Below, piece after piece: positions 55,367 to 63,779 of a DNA stretch of 63,974 nt. The DNA is from a virus (Duplodnaviria > Caudoviricetes): positions 1 to 63,974 of IMG/VR virus record IMGVR_UViG_3300029319_000033; one strand, written 5' to 3'. The stretch's first letter is position 1, and each line of letters opens with the position of its first letter. The position numbers and the translations under genes are program-made. The notes under the pieces were generated by a model. The model made no database searches and was not told the origin of the DNA. It saw only the letters and a list, made by a program, of their open reading frames with translations.

Positions 55367-57079
55367 ATGAATGTTGAAACCGTTGAGATTAATGGTTTTA
55401 TTATTGATACATTTAATCAGTATAGTTTAGAGGAAGGTAAAGCACAGGGGATTTGTCCCTTGTGTTCTTCCACTAGAAAACCAGAAAATCGTAAAACCAA
55501 ATGTGCAAGTTATGACTGGGAGAGAGGTCTTGGAACTTGTCACAACTGTAATACCACATTCCAACTTCACACATATCAGCGTAAGGGGGCAAGTGAAAAA
55601 GAATATGTGAGACCGGGAGTTGATACCATTATGAAAGTTAACTCTAAAGTTGAAGAGTGGTTCAAGTCTAGAGGTATATCTAAACAGACACTTAAAGATC
55701 TTAGGGTTAGTGAAGGTAAGGAGTGGATGCCGCATAGCGGCAAAAGTGAGAATACCATTAAGTTTAATTATTTTATGGGTGATCAGTTGATCAACATAAA
55801 GTATAGGGATGCTAGGAAGAACTTCAAGTTAGTTAAAAATGCAGAGAAAATATTCTACAACATAAATTCAGTTGTAGGTTATGATAGCTGTATTATAGTG
55901 GAGGGTGAGATGGATGTACTAGCACTACATGAAGCTGGTATTAAGAATGCAATATCAGTTCCTAACGGTGCCACACTAAACTCTAATAACCTAGACTATT
56001 TAGATAACTGTATAGACTATCTTGAAGATAAAACAAAGATTATACTAGCAGTTGATGCTGATGAAGCTGGTCAGGCTTTACGTCAAGAGTTTATACGTAG
56101 ACTAGGTGCAGAGGTTTGCTACCTTGTTGACTTTAATGGATGCAAGGATGCTAATGAATATTTGTTGAACTTTGGAGCAAAAAAGTTAAACAAAGTTATA
56201 GATCTAGCAGTACAAGTTCCATTAGAAGGTGTATCAACATTAAAAGATGTTGAAGAAGATCTTAAGGATTTTGTTCTGAATGGTGCTAAACCCGGTTATC
56301 AAATCGGCATAGAAAACTTTGACAAGATATTCTCCACATACACATCACAATTTATAACTGTAACAGGGATACCAAGTAGTGGTAAGAGTGATTTTGTTGA
56401 CCAAATGGTGGTTGGGTATAACAAAAAATATCAATGGAAGACTGCATTCGCATCACCTGAAAATCACCCTATACACATGCATGCACATAAATTAATGCGT
56501 AAGATATGGGGAACCATGCCACCTCCTTCTGAGATAGGTAGTAACAAGTGGAATCAAGTAACAGAACATGTCAATGATAACTTTTTCTTTATCGACATGG
56601 ATACTTACAATTTAGAATCTGTATTAAAAAAGGGTGCTGAACTTGTAAAACGTAAGGGGATTAAGTGTTTAGTTATAGATCCTTTTAATAAAATTAGAAG
56701 TTCAGATGGTTCAGGTGATGTAAATGTATATACAATGGACTATCTTAGCAAAATTGAAATATTTGCTAGAAAGTATGATGTACTTGTTATCGTAGTAGCA
56801 CATCCAACCAAGATGTATAAAGACAAGGATGGTAAGATTGAAGAGCCAACCATGTACAACATTAAAGGTGGTGGTGAATGGTACGATGCTAGTTATCATG
56901 GGTTGTTAGTACATAGAGATTATGAAGCAAAGACCACAAAAGTAAAAGTGTTAAAAGTTAAATTTCAAAACCTAGGCGAAAACGGTGCAGAAGCTCACTT
57001 TACATGGGAGCGAAATTCCGGAAGCTACATACCATTAGTTGTAGATGACGGAGATCCACTGCCTTGGGAAGAAAAGTAG
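55367..57079 (+). CDS. Twinkle/T7 gp4-like DNA primase-helicase, 570 aa
   Basis: Zn finger CPLC..CHNC; TOPRIM VEGEMD, DADEAG, KDANE; SF4 helicase TGIPSSGKS, VIDPFN, VAHP. Confidence 0.93.
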   Translation: MNVETVEINGFIIDTFNQYSLEEGKAQGICPLCSSTRKPENRKTKCASYDWERGLGTCHNCNTTFQLHTYQRKGASEKEYVRPGVDTIMKVNSKVEEWFKSRGISKQTLKDLRVSEGKEWMPHSGKSENTIKFNYFMGDQLINIKYRDARKNFKLVKNAEKIFYNINSVVGYDSCIIVEGEMDVLALHEAGIKNAISVPNGATLNSNNLDYLDNCIDYLEDKTKIILAVDADEAGQALRQEFIRRLGAEVCYLVDFNGCKDANEYLLNFGAKKLNKVIDLAVQVPLEGVSTLKDVEEDLKDFVLNGAKPGYQIGIENFDKIFSTYTSQFITVTGIPSSGKSDFVDQMVVGYNKKYQWKTAFASPENHPIHMHAHKLMRKIWGTMPPPSEIGSNKWNQVTEHVNDNFFFIDMDTYNLESVLKKGAELVKRKGIKCLVIDPFNKIRSSDGSGDVNVYTMDYLSKIEIFARKYDVLVIVVAHPTKMYKDKDGKIEEPTMYNIKGGGEWYDASYHGLLVHRDYEAKTTKVKVLKVKFQNLGENGAEAHFTWERNSGSYIPLVVDDGDPLPWEEK

Positions 57080-57312
57080 AATACATGGGAACTTACAATC
57101 CAACAACACAAGATCTTGATATAAGATTGTGGTGTCATAGGAATCATATACTTATAACTCCGGTGGAGATAGGTTATAGGAAAAAGAAGTGGTATGTTGA
57201 AATAGACATAAACGGTAAAATATACAAGTCACCAGAAACCTATACTCCAACTACAATTTGGGAAAAAATATTTGAATATAGAAGATACTATTATGAAAAA
57301 TACAAAAAATAA
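57064..57312 (+). CDS. Hypothetical protein (start may be ATG 57085)
   Basis: ORF within the operon. Confidence 0.5.
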   Translation: MGRKVEYMGTYNPTTQDLDIRLWCHRNHILITPVEIGYRKKKWYVEIDINGKIYKSPETYTPTTIWEKIFEYRRYYYEKYKK

Positions 57313-57592
57313 TATTAAATTAAATGTTGAAGATCCTGTAGTAGAAAAAGTTATAAGGAGGTATGCAGAGAGAAGTGAAGTGGGTATGAAAAAATATGGG
57401 AGGTCTTTGCATGAAGAAAGAATCTCAGGAATGAAAAGTTTAGCAGGTTACTTAAAAGATGTTCAAGAAGAGTTAATGGATGCAGTTGTTTATATTGAAA
57501 CTGCCAGAGATGAACTTAAACATCTTGCTTTAGTAGAGCAAGAAAAAGCTGAGTTTTTAATGAGGAAAGATAGTTATGAACAGGGTCTTTAA
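57272..57592 (+). CDS. All-helical protein, possibly NTP-pyrophosphatase-like, 106 aa
   Basis: RSEVGMKKYG..QEELMDAVVY. Confidence 0.5.
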   Translation: MNIEDTIMKNTKNNIKLNVEDPVVEKVIRRYAERSEVGMKKYGRSLHEERISGMKSLAGYLKDVQEELMDAVVYIETARDELKHLALVEQEKAEFLMRKDSYEQGL

Positions 57593-58040
57593 ATATAAAA
57601 GAAAAAAAGGTCCGGTTGTATCTAAGAAAATAACTTATGATGGTATTGATTTTGCATCAGGGTTAGAAAAATATATGTACATAGCTTTGAAAAAAGCAAA
57701 AATAAAATTTGAATATGAAGGAGAAAATTTTACACTTATTGAATCGTTTAAATTTAACAGTCAAGCTCATGAAAGACAGAATAATGGAAAAGGTGAGTAT
57801 ATTAATAGAGGAGATAAAAAAGTTTTAGGGATTAGATATACCCCTGATTTTGTAGGTGAAGATTTTATAATAGAAACTAAGGGTAGGGCAAATGAGTCTT
57901 TCCCTATGAGGTGGAAGTTGTTTAAAAAACACATGCAAGAGATAGGGGATAACAGAAACCTATACAAACCACAAACCAATAAGGAGTGTGATAAAACAAT
58001 TTATTTAATTTTAAAAAACAGAAAGAATGGGATTATTTGA
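57576..58040 (+). CDS. Endonuclease I-like (T7 gp3) Holliday junction resolvase, 154 aa
   Basis: FASGLE..FEYE..YTPDF..IETKG. Confidence 0.85.
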   Translation: MNRVFKYKRKKGPVVSKKITYDGIDFASGLEKYMYIALKKAKIKFEYEGENFTLIESFKFNSQAHERQNNGKGEYINRGDKKVLGIRYTPDFVGEDFIIETKGRANESFPMRWKLFKKHMQEIGDNRNLYKPQTNKECDKTIYLILKNRKNGII

Positions 58041-58998
58041 TAATAGAGTAGAGTATAAACCATTTGAGTACCCTGAGTATTATACCGAAGGGTGGTTGAA
58101 ACAAGCTCAAGCATTTTGGTTACACACTGAAATACCAATGTCAGGGGATGTTAAGGATTGGAATGAAAACTTAACACCAGAAGAAAAGAATCTGGTAGGG
58201 AATATTCTACTAGGTTTTGCACAAACCGAGTGTGCAGTATCAGACTATTGGACACAAAAGGTTGTGGGGTGGTTTCCTAAACACGAGATACAACAGATGG
58301 CTATGATGTTTGGGTCTCAGGAAACAATACATGCAGTAGCCTATAGTTATTTAAATGAAACATTAGGACTTGATAATTTTGAAGCGTTTTTACACGAACC
58401 TGCGACAGCTAATAGATTCGATAATCTTGTCGGATACACCGGCACCTCCAAGTTGGGGATCGCTAGATCTCTTGCAGTCTTTTCCGCTTTTGCCGAGGGT
58501 GTTAGCCTTTATAGTGCTTTTGCTGTGTTATATTCTTTCCAACTTCGTAACTTACTTAAGGGAATTGGTCAGCAAATGAAATGGAGTGTAAGAGATGAAA
58601 GTCTGCATAGTAAGATGGGGTGTCAACTATTTAACCACATGTGTGAGGAAGATCCTACATTAAGGATGTCTTGCAAAGACAATATTAAAGAAGCGGCTGA
58701 AACTATGGTGGAGTTAGAGGAGAAATACATTGATAAGATGTTTGAGATGGGTGATATAGAAGGTATTAAATCTTATGACCTTAAACAGTTCATCAGGAAG
58801 CGGTGTAATGAGAAGTTAAGGGAACTTGGTTATGATGAGGTCACATCTCGAATGTTTGTATACGACAAAGAGGCATCAGATAATTTAGATTGGTTTTATC
58901 ATCTGACCGGAGGTCATACACATACAGACTTTTTCTCTATGAGACCAACAGACTATAGCAAAGCAAATGAAGGAGAAGATTTCGAAGATATTTGGTAA
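58027..58998 (+). CDS. nrdB: Class I ribonucleotide reductase beta subunit, 323 aa
   Basis: FWLHTEI, QETIHAVAYS, EGVSLYSAF, RDESLH, HTDFF. Confidence 0.95.
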   Translation: MGLFDNRVEYKPFEYPEYYTEGWLKQAQAFWLHTEIPMSGDVKDWNENLTPEEKNLVGNILLGFAQTECAVSDYWTQKVVGWFPKHEIQQMAMMFGSQETIHAVAYSYLNETLGLDNFEAFLHEPATANRFDNLVGYTGTSKLGIARSLAVFSAFAEGVSLYSAFAVLYSFQLRNLLKGIGQQMKWSVRDESLHSKMGCQLFNHMCEEDPTLRMSCKDNIKEAAETMVELEEKYIDKMFEMGDIEGIKSYDLKQFIRKRCNEKLRELGYDEVTSRMFVYDKEASDNLDWFYHLTGGHTHTDFFSMRPTDYSKANEGEDFEDIW

Positions 58999-59233
58999 TA
59001 TAGAAAAACAACTCGTTAGGAGGAGGAGTCTCTCCCCTTGGGAGAAAATGTATGAAAGAATAGGTTATATGGGTAGTGGTTTTTTAATTGCTGCACAATG
59101 GACTATATCAGCTGAACTTTATGTAGTAGGATTTATACTTGTAATGATTCAGACAGCGTCTAGAAGACAATGGAACTTAGTAATATTAAACTTAAACGGA
59201 TTAACCGCATGGTTAATACATCTATTAAAATAA
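58967..59233 (+). CDS. Small membrane protein between the RNR subunits, 88 aa
   Basis: Two to three hydrophobic helices. Confidence 0.5.
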   Translation: MKEKISKIFGNIEKQLVRRRSLSPWEKMYERIGYMGSGFLIAAQWTISAELYVVGFILVMIQTASRRQWNLVILNLNGLTAWLIHLLK

Positions 59234-60934
59234 ATGACAAGTAGTAACAGATGGATAAAGGGTCAGGATTACCCTTCTTGGGCAGACAGTGATGTATACA
59301 AGAAAACAATTCAAGGAGGATATTTACTATCCGGTGAAACACCAAAAGAAGCTTACACAAGAGTAGCAAAGACTGTCTCTAGGCGTTTAAATAAGCCTGA
59401 GATGGAAGAAAGATTCTTCGAATACATTTGGAACGGTTGGCTATGTTTAGCCTCTCCTGTGCTCTCTAATACAGGCACAGACAGAGGTTTACCAATCAGT
59501 TGTTTTGGTATTGACGTAGCCGACTCTATATATGATATAGGATCTAAAAATTTAGAGATGATGCTACTTGCAAAACATGGTGGTGGTGTTGGTATTGGTA
59601 TTAATCAAATCAGACCTGCTGGTGCTAACATAACTAACAATGGTACATCAGATGGTGTTGTACCCTTCTGTAAAGTATACGACTCCACTATCCTTGCAAC
59701 TAATCAAGGATCAGTAAGGAGAGGGGCAGCAAGTGTTAATTTAAATATTGAACACGCAGACTTTGAAGATTGGTTAGAGATTAGAGAACCAAAGGGTGAT
59801 GTAAACAGACAATCACTTAACATGCATCAATGTGCAGTTGTTGGTGATAAGTTTATGAGGAAGTTAACTGCAGGAGATAAAGTAGCTAGGAGGAAGTGGG
59901 GTAAGTTATTACAGAAAAGAAAAGCTACAGGAGAGCCTTATGTAATGTTTAAAGGTAATGTCAATAAAGCAAATCCACCTGCATACAAAGACAATGCTTT
60001 GAAAGTATTTATGACAAATATATGTTCAGAGATTACCTTACATACAGATGAGAATCACAGCTTTGTTTGTTGTCTCTCTAGTTTAAACCTAGCAAAATAC
60101 CACGAATGGAAAGATACCAACTTAATATATGATAGCACGTTCTTTTTAGATGGTGTTATGGAAGAGTTTATACAAAGAGCAAAAGGTTTGAAGGGATTTG
60201 AAAACTCTGTAAGATCTGCCGAGAAAGGTAGGGCAGTAGGTTTAGGTGTATTAGGTTGGCATACATATTTACAAGAGAAGGGATTACCCTTCGAAGGATT
60301 ATTAGCACAACATGAAACAAGAAGGATATTTAGCCAAATTAAAATCGAAAGTGAACGAGCTAGTATGGCTCTTGCTGATAAGTACGGAGAACCGTTATGG
60401 TGCGTTGGTACAGGGTTTAGGAATACTCATCTTAGAGCTATTGCTCCTACAGTTAGTAATAGTAAGCTTAGTGGTAATATTAGTCCCGGCATTGAGCCTT
60501 GGGCTGCTAATGTATTTACTGAACAAAGTGCAAAAGGTACTTTTATACGCAAGAACCCTACTTTGGAAAAAGTTTTAGAAGAACAAAATATGAACACCAG
60601 CGAAGTTTGGGATAAAATTTTAGCTGACGGAGGATCCGTACAAGGGTTGGATTTTTTAAGTGAACATCATAAAGATGTGTTTAAAACCTTTAAGGAAATA
60701 AATCAATTAGAATTAATCAATCAGGCAGGGATTAGACAGCAGTATATAGATCAGGGGGTGAGTTTAAATTTAGCGTTCCCATCTCAAGTGGATCCTAAGT
60801 TTGTAAACAAGGTTCATCTTGAAGCTTGGAAGAAAGGAATTAAGACTTTATATTATACTAGAACGGAATCTGTTCTTAGGGGAGATATAGCTGATAAAGC
60901 TATGGATGAGAATTGTATAAGTTGTGATGGGTAA
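59234..60934 (+). CDS. nrdA: Class I ribonucleotide reductase alpha subunit (short, no obvious ATP cone), 566 aa
   Basis: ASPVLSN, PISCF, RRGA, TNICSEI, AIAPTVS, YIDQGVS, KTLYY, C-terminal CISC. Confidence 0.95.
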   Translation: MTSSNRWIKGQDYPSWADSDVYKKTIQGGYLLSGETPKEAYTRVAKTVSRRLNKPEMEERFFEYIWNGWLCLASPVLSNTGTDRGLPISCFGIDVADSIYDIGSKNLEMMLLAKHGGGVGIGINQIRPAGANITNNGTSDGVVPFCKVYDSTILATNQGSVRRGAASVNLNIEHADFEDWLEIREPKGDVNRQSLNMHQCAVVGDKFMRKLTAGDKVARRKWGKLLQKRKATGEPYVMFKGNVNKANPPAYKDNALKVFMTNICSEITLHTDENHSFVCCLSSLNLAKYHEWKDTNLIYDSTFFLDGVMEEFIQRAKGLKGFENSVRSAEKGRAVGLGVLGWHTYLQEKGLPFEGLLAQHETRRIFSQIKIESERASMALADKYGEPLWCVGTGFRNTHLRAIAPTVSNSKLSGNISPGIEPWAANVFTEQSAKGTFIRKNPTLEKVLEEQNMNTSEVWDKILADGGSVQGLDFLSEHHKDVFKTFKEINQLELINQAGIRQQYIDQGVSLNLAFPSQVDPKFVNKVHLEAWKKGIKTLYYTRTESVLRGDIADKAMDENCISCDG

Positions 60935-60948
60935 TAATGCTATACACA

Positions 60949-61221
60949 TTACTTTCTTCTAAGACCTTTTACTCTTCTGGGGCTTCCTGCTGGTTGTCCC
61001 AGACTCTTTTTCTCTCTAATCTTTTTTGCTTTCTCTGCAGCTGACATCTCACCTGATGTCTTCGGAGTTTTACTGGAGACTCTCTTACTTGGTCGGCAAT
61101 AAGGCGTACCCCTACCTTCACCTTTCTTTCTACCGCAAGGTTTGCCAGTTCTAACATCTACCCATTTTTCTTTGAACCATCTTTTTAAAGCTAATCCTTC
61201 TTTTGTTTTCCTTACTGCCAT
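60949..61221 (-). CDS. Small basic Cys-containing protein, 90 aa
   Basis: LKRWFKEKWVD..PCGR..PYCRP. Confidence 0.65.
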   Translation of the reverse strand: MAVRKTKEGLALKRWFKEKWVDVRTGKPCGRKKGEGRGTPYCRPSKRVSSKTPKTSGEMSAAEKAKKIREKKSLGQPAGSPRRVKGLRRK

Positions 61222-61769
61222 TATATTTTGTCTTTTATATGCTCATACATAGAAGTGCCAAGTTGCTCACCGAATTTAGAGTCAGATTTGTAATGTGCTT
61301 TGGCTACGTTTCTACTATAAGATATATCTTTAGCTTCTTTCATAAAATCTTTTGAAGCCTCCGGATATTTATCTGCTAATACTTTACCAATTAAAAAACC
61401 TTGTGCTGAATGACCTGATGGATATGATGGAGTTTTCATAGTTTTAAGTTCTATATCATCAAGTTCCACTCCAAGTTCTTCAGCAACAATTTTAGGTCTA
61501 GGTCTTTTATAGAAATTTTTAAGATCCATTATTGGTTTATCACTTTCATTAATTAGTGTTTTTACAAGTTTACTAGGATATTCTATATTGTTTTTTTCTG
61601 CAACAGACTTAAACGCAGTAAACACATCATCTTTATCCTCTACAAACTTTCTATCACTTTTTATTTTTTTAAGTTCTTTTATTTCTTTAAAAGTACCTAA
61701 TGATTTATTTCCGGGAGGTTTCTTTTTTTTAAACTTACTTATATTAAAATCTTTAAATAAATCTTTCAT
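61221..61769 (-). CDS. PAP2-superfamily phosphatase, 182 aa
   Basis: KxxxxRPRP, PSYPSGH, SRxxxxxHYxSD. Confidence 0.88.
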   Translation of the reverse strand: MKDLFKDFNISKFKKKKPPGNKSLGTFKEIKELKKIKSDRKFVEDKDDVFTAFKSVAEKNNIEYPSKLVKTLINESDKPIMDLKNFYKRPRPKIVAEELGVELDDIELKTMKTPSYPSGHSAQGFLIGKVLADKYPEASKDFMKEAKDISYSRNVAKAHYKSDSKFGEQLGTSMYEHIKDKI

Positions 61770-61770
61770 C

Positions 61771-61926
61771 TTACCTTCTGTACTTAGGACTTTTTACTTT
61801 TCTACCTTTATTCTTATCACTAGTTCTAGGGATTAAACCTCTAGCTTTAGCTTGAGCTTTTTCACTAAATCCTAATTTTTTACCAGATTTAATTTTTTTC
61901 TTTATTGTTTCAACTTTTGCGACCAT
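61771..61926 (-). CDS. Small basic protein, 51 aa (not in ORF track)
   Basis: MVAKVETIKKKIKSGKKLGFSEKAQAKARGLIPR...; hand translated. Confidence 0.55.
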   Translation of the reverse strand: MVAKVETIKKKIKSGKKLGFSEKAQAKARGLIPRTSDKNKGRKVKSPKYRR

Positions 61927-62194
61927 GCTTTCTCCTTATAGCTTCTTTACCTCTTTTAGCTATTGCAGCCTGTTGTGGTTTTTTAGCGAACCTAGCTCTT
62001 TGCTCCATTACAGTTAATATCTGTATCTTTCTAGCAAAAGGTTTATTTATTTTTTTAACTTTAGCAACTGTAGCTCTAGCGTCTGCAGGAGTTGCATACT
62101 TTATTCTGACGGTATCTTTAGGATTTTCATCAGTATACAATCTTCTACCAGAGCCTTTAGGTTTTTTACCAGTACCAATTTTAGGATCTGCCAT
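61910..62194 (-). CDS. Small basic protein, 94 aa
   Basis: GTGKKPKGSGRRLYTDENPKDTV..LTVMEQRA. Confidence 0.65.
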   Translation of the reverse strand: MADPKIGTGKKPKGSGRRLYTDENPKDTVRIKYATPADARATVAKVKKINKPFARKIQILTVMEQRARFAKKPQQAAIAKRGKEAIRRKHGRKS

Positions 62195-62195
62195 T

Positions 62196-62315
62196 TTATT
62201 TTTTCTTAGAGTTCATAGACTTTAAAATCTTATCAATCTTATTAGCTTGAGCTTTATGAATCCTAGATGAAGATTTTAATTGTTTTGATATCTCTCTTAA
62301 TTTTTTAGAGTCCAT
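62196..62315 (-). CDS. Small basic protein, 39 aa (not in ORF track)
   Basis: MDSKKLREISKQLKSSSRIHKAQANKIDKIL... Confidence 0.5.
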   Translation of the reverse strand: MDSKKLREISKQLKSSSRIHKAQANKIDKILKSMNSKKK

Positions 62316-62317
62316 AA

Positions 62318-62488
62318 TTATTTTTTCTTTTTAGATGACTTACCATAATTAGCAGCACCCACTTTTCTACATTTAGCAATAGCACCACTAGCATAAGCTG
62401 ATGGGAATACTCTATACCTAGCTTTCACCTTGTGGTAGCATGCATCCTTTAGTTTAAAAGGTGATTCTTCTTCTTTATTTTCCTTCAT
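62318..62488 (-). CDS. Small basic Cys-containing protein, 56 aa (not in ORF track)
   Basis: KDACYHKVKARYRVFPSAYASGAIAKCRKVGAANYG. Confidence 0.65.
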   Translation of the reverse strand: MKENKEEESPFKLKDACYHKVKARYRVFPSAYASGAIAKCRKVGAANYGKSSKKKK

Positions 62489-62649
62489 TTCTTTTTATTT
62501 TTATATGGAAATAATATGTTTAATGCATCCCTTCTACCCTCACATCCACAAGGTATATTTAATCCTTCAGATACTCTATCTACCATACTCTTAATACCAG
62601 TGGCTTTTGTAAATTTTTCTATACTATCTCCTAATCCTCTTGATTTCAT
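62485..62649 (-). CDS. Small protein with CGC motif (likely start MKSRGLGD)
   Basis: GLGDSIEKFTKATGIK..PCGCEGRRDALN. Confidence 0.65.
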   Translation of the reverse strand: MKSRGLGDSIEKFTKATGIKSMVDRVSEGLNIPCGCEGRRDALNILFPYKNKKK

Positions 62650-62653
62650 AATA

Positions 62654-62938
62654 TTAACATTTCCACCTACGCCTTGCAGCACAGATTCTTTTTTCTGGTG
62701 TTTTTGAACAATTTATTCTATGCATTTTCATTTGACCTCTTGACCTAGCACAAAAAGATTTTTTTCTTTTACCACCTTGAGGTTGTGGTGGTTTTAAATT
62801 ACCACCTGTTTCTCTATTGTACGCAGCCCTACCTGCAGCTGTCATTCCGGCACCTTCTTTTGCTGTAAGGAAGTGTCGACCCTTGCCTTTGGTAGTCTTC
62901 CTTAATTTAGTAAATGGTGAGCTTGTTTGAATATACAT
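62654..62938 (-). CDS. Small basic protein, 94 aa
   Basis: GMTAAGRAAYNRETGGNLKPP..RKKSFCAR..RRRWKC. Confidence 0.65.
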   Translation of the reverse strand: MYIQTSSPFTKLRKTTKGKGRHFLTAKEGAGMTAAGRAAYNRETGGNLKPPQPQGGKRKKSFCARSRGQMKMHRINCSKTPEKRICAARRRWKC

Positions 62939-62940
62939 AA

Positions 62941-63414
62941 TTATTGTTTACATGTGCAGTTACATTCAGTACAACAATCTGTTACACTAATATTTATAAT
63001 ATCAGCTTCACACATCTTTTGGTATAATCTTTTAAATGCTGGTGTTGAACTACTTAAATTGTTATTTTGATCAAATCTATTAGATTTAACGGAATCGGCT
63101 ACAAGTAAGCAACCATCAGTATGATCGTCATCATTTCCTATGTGAATGTAAACATACTGAAAATTAGGGACATCATGAAGCATGAAATGATAGTCGAACC
63201 AAGGGTATTTGTTTCTATACTTCTTTGTTAACTCACTAAGCACTTCACGCTTTGCTACTTTATAAGTGCCTTCAGGTATCCTAGTTTCACCTTTCACCTT
63301 TTCTTCTCTATATTCATCCTCCAGTGTAAAACATTCAAACTCTCCGTCAACAAATAATAAACCTAGAGTAGTATCACTCTGGCTACTAAATCTTTTTAAT
63401 TCTAGTTTCATCAC
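62941..63414 (-). CDS. DUF5675-like protein (candidate endolysin or transpeptidase-fold enzyme), 157 aa
   Basis: CFTLED..GETRIPEGTY..IHIGN..HTDGCLLV. Confidence 0.7.
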   Translation of the reverse strand: MMKLELKRFSSQSDTTLGLLFVDGEFECFTLEDEYREEKVKGETRIPEGTYKVAKREVLSELTKKYRNKYPWFDYHFMLHDVPNFQYVYIHIGNDDDHTDGCLLVADSVKSNRFDQNNNLSSSTPAFKRLYQKMCEADIINISVTDCCTECNCTCKQ

Positions 63415-63728
63415 CTATCTTTTTTATTGTAAAGATCTTTTTGTAAATCTTCAATATGTTTCCTGAGATCTTTAACATCTTCCTCTAAATCACTAACATG
63501 ATCTAGCATCCAAGCATGATTTAAATCATACTCTTTCCTCTCTATTGCAGCTGGTGGCAATAGCTTTGCCTCTTCGATGTCATTTTGTAATTTAAAATAC
63601 ATGCCACCCAATGTAAATATTGCTGCAACGATTAAACCTATAGATTTTAGTGTTAAATGAAAATCAGGCTTACCATCACCATCCACATCAACTCCCATAT
63701 TTGTACCACTCCCTAGTTCTTGTGCCAT
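63411..63728 (-). CDS. Single-pass membrane coiled-coil protein (lysis-associated or spanin candidate), 105 aa
   Basis: Transmembrane segment IGLIVAAIFTLGGMYF plus coiled coil; coupled to the DUF5675-like gene. Confidence 0.5.
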   Translation of the reverse strand: MAQELGSGTNMGVDVDGDGKPDFHLTLKSIGLIVAAIFTLGGMYFKLQNDIEEAKLLPPAAIERKEYDLNHAWMLDHVSDLEEDVKDLRKHIEDLQKDLYNKKDR

Positions 63729-63753
63729 ATTTTATATTGTTTTATATCTTTAG

Positions 63754-63779
63754 TATTACTTATTTTTATGTTTTTTTAA
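63754..63779 (-). promoter_or_regulatory. Putative late promoter TTAAAAAA-N12-GTAATA
   Basis: Same spacing as the other two copies; upstream of the lysis/basic-protein operon. Confidence 0.5.

Noticed and set aside
43966-59369. Minus-strand ORFs inside the early/replication block
   Set aside because: They are antisense to well-supported + strand genes and show no motifs.
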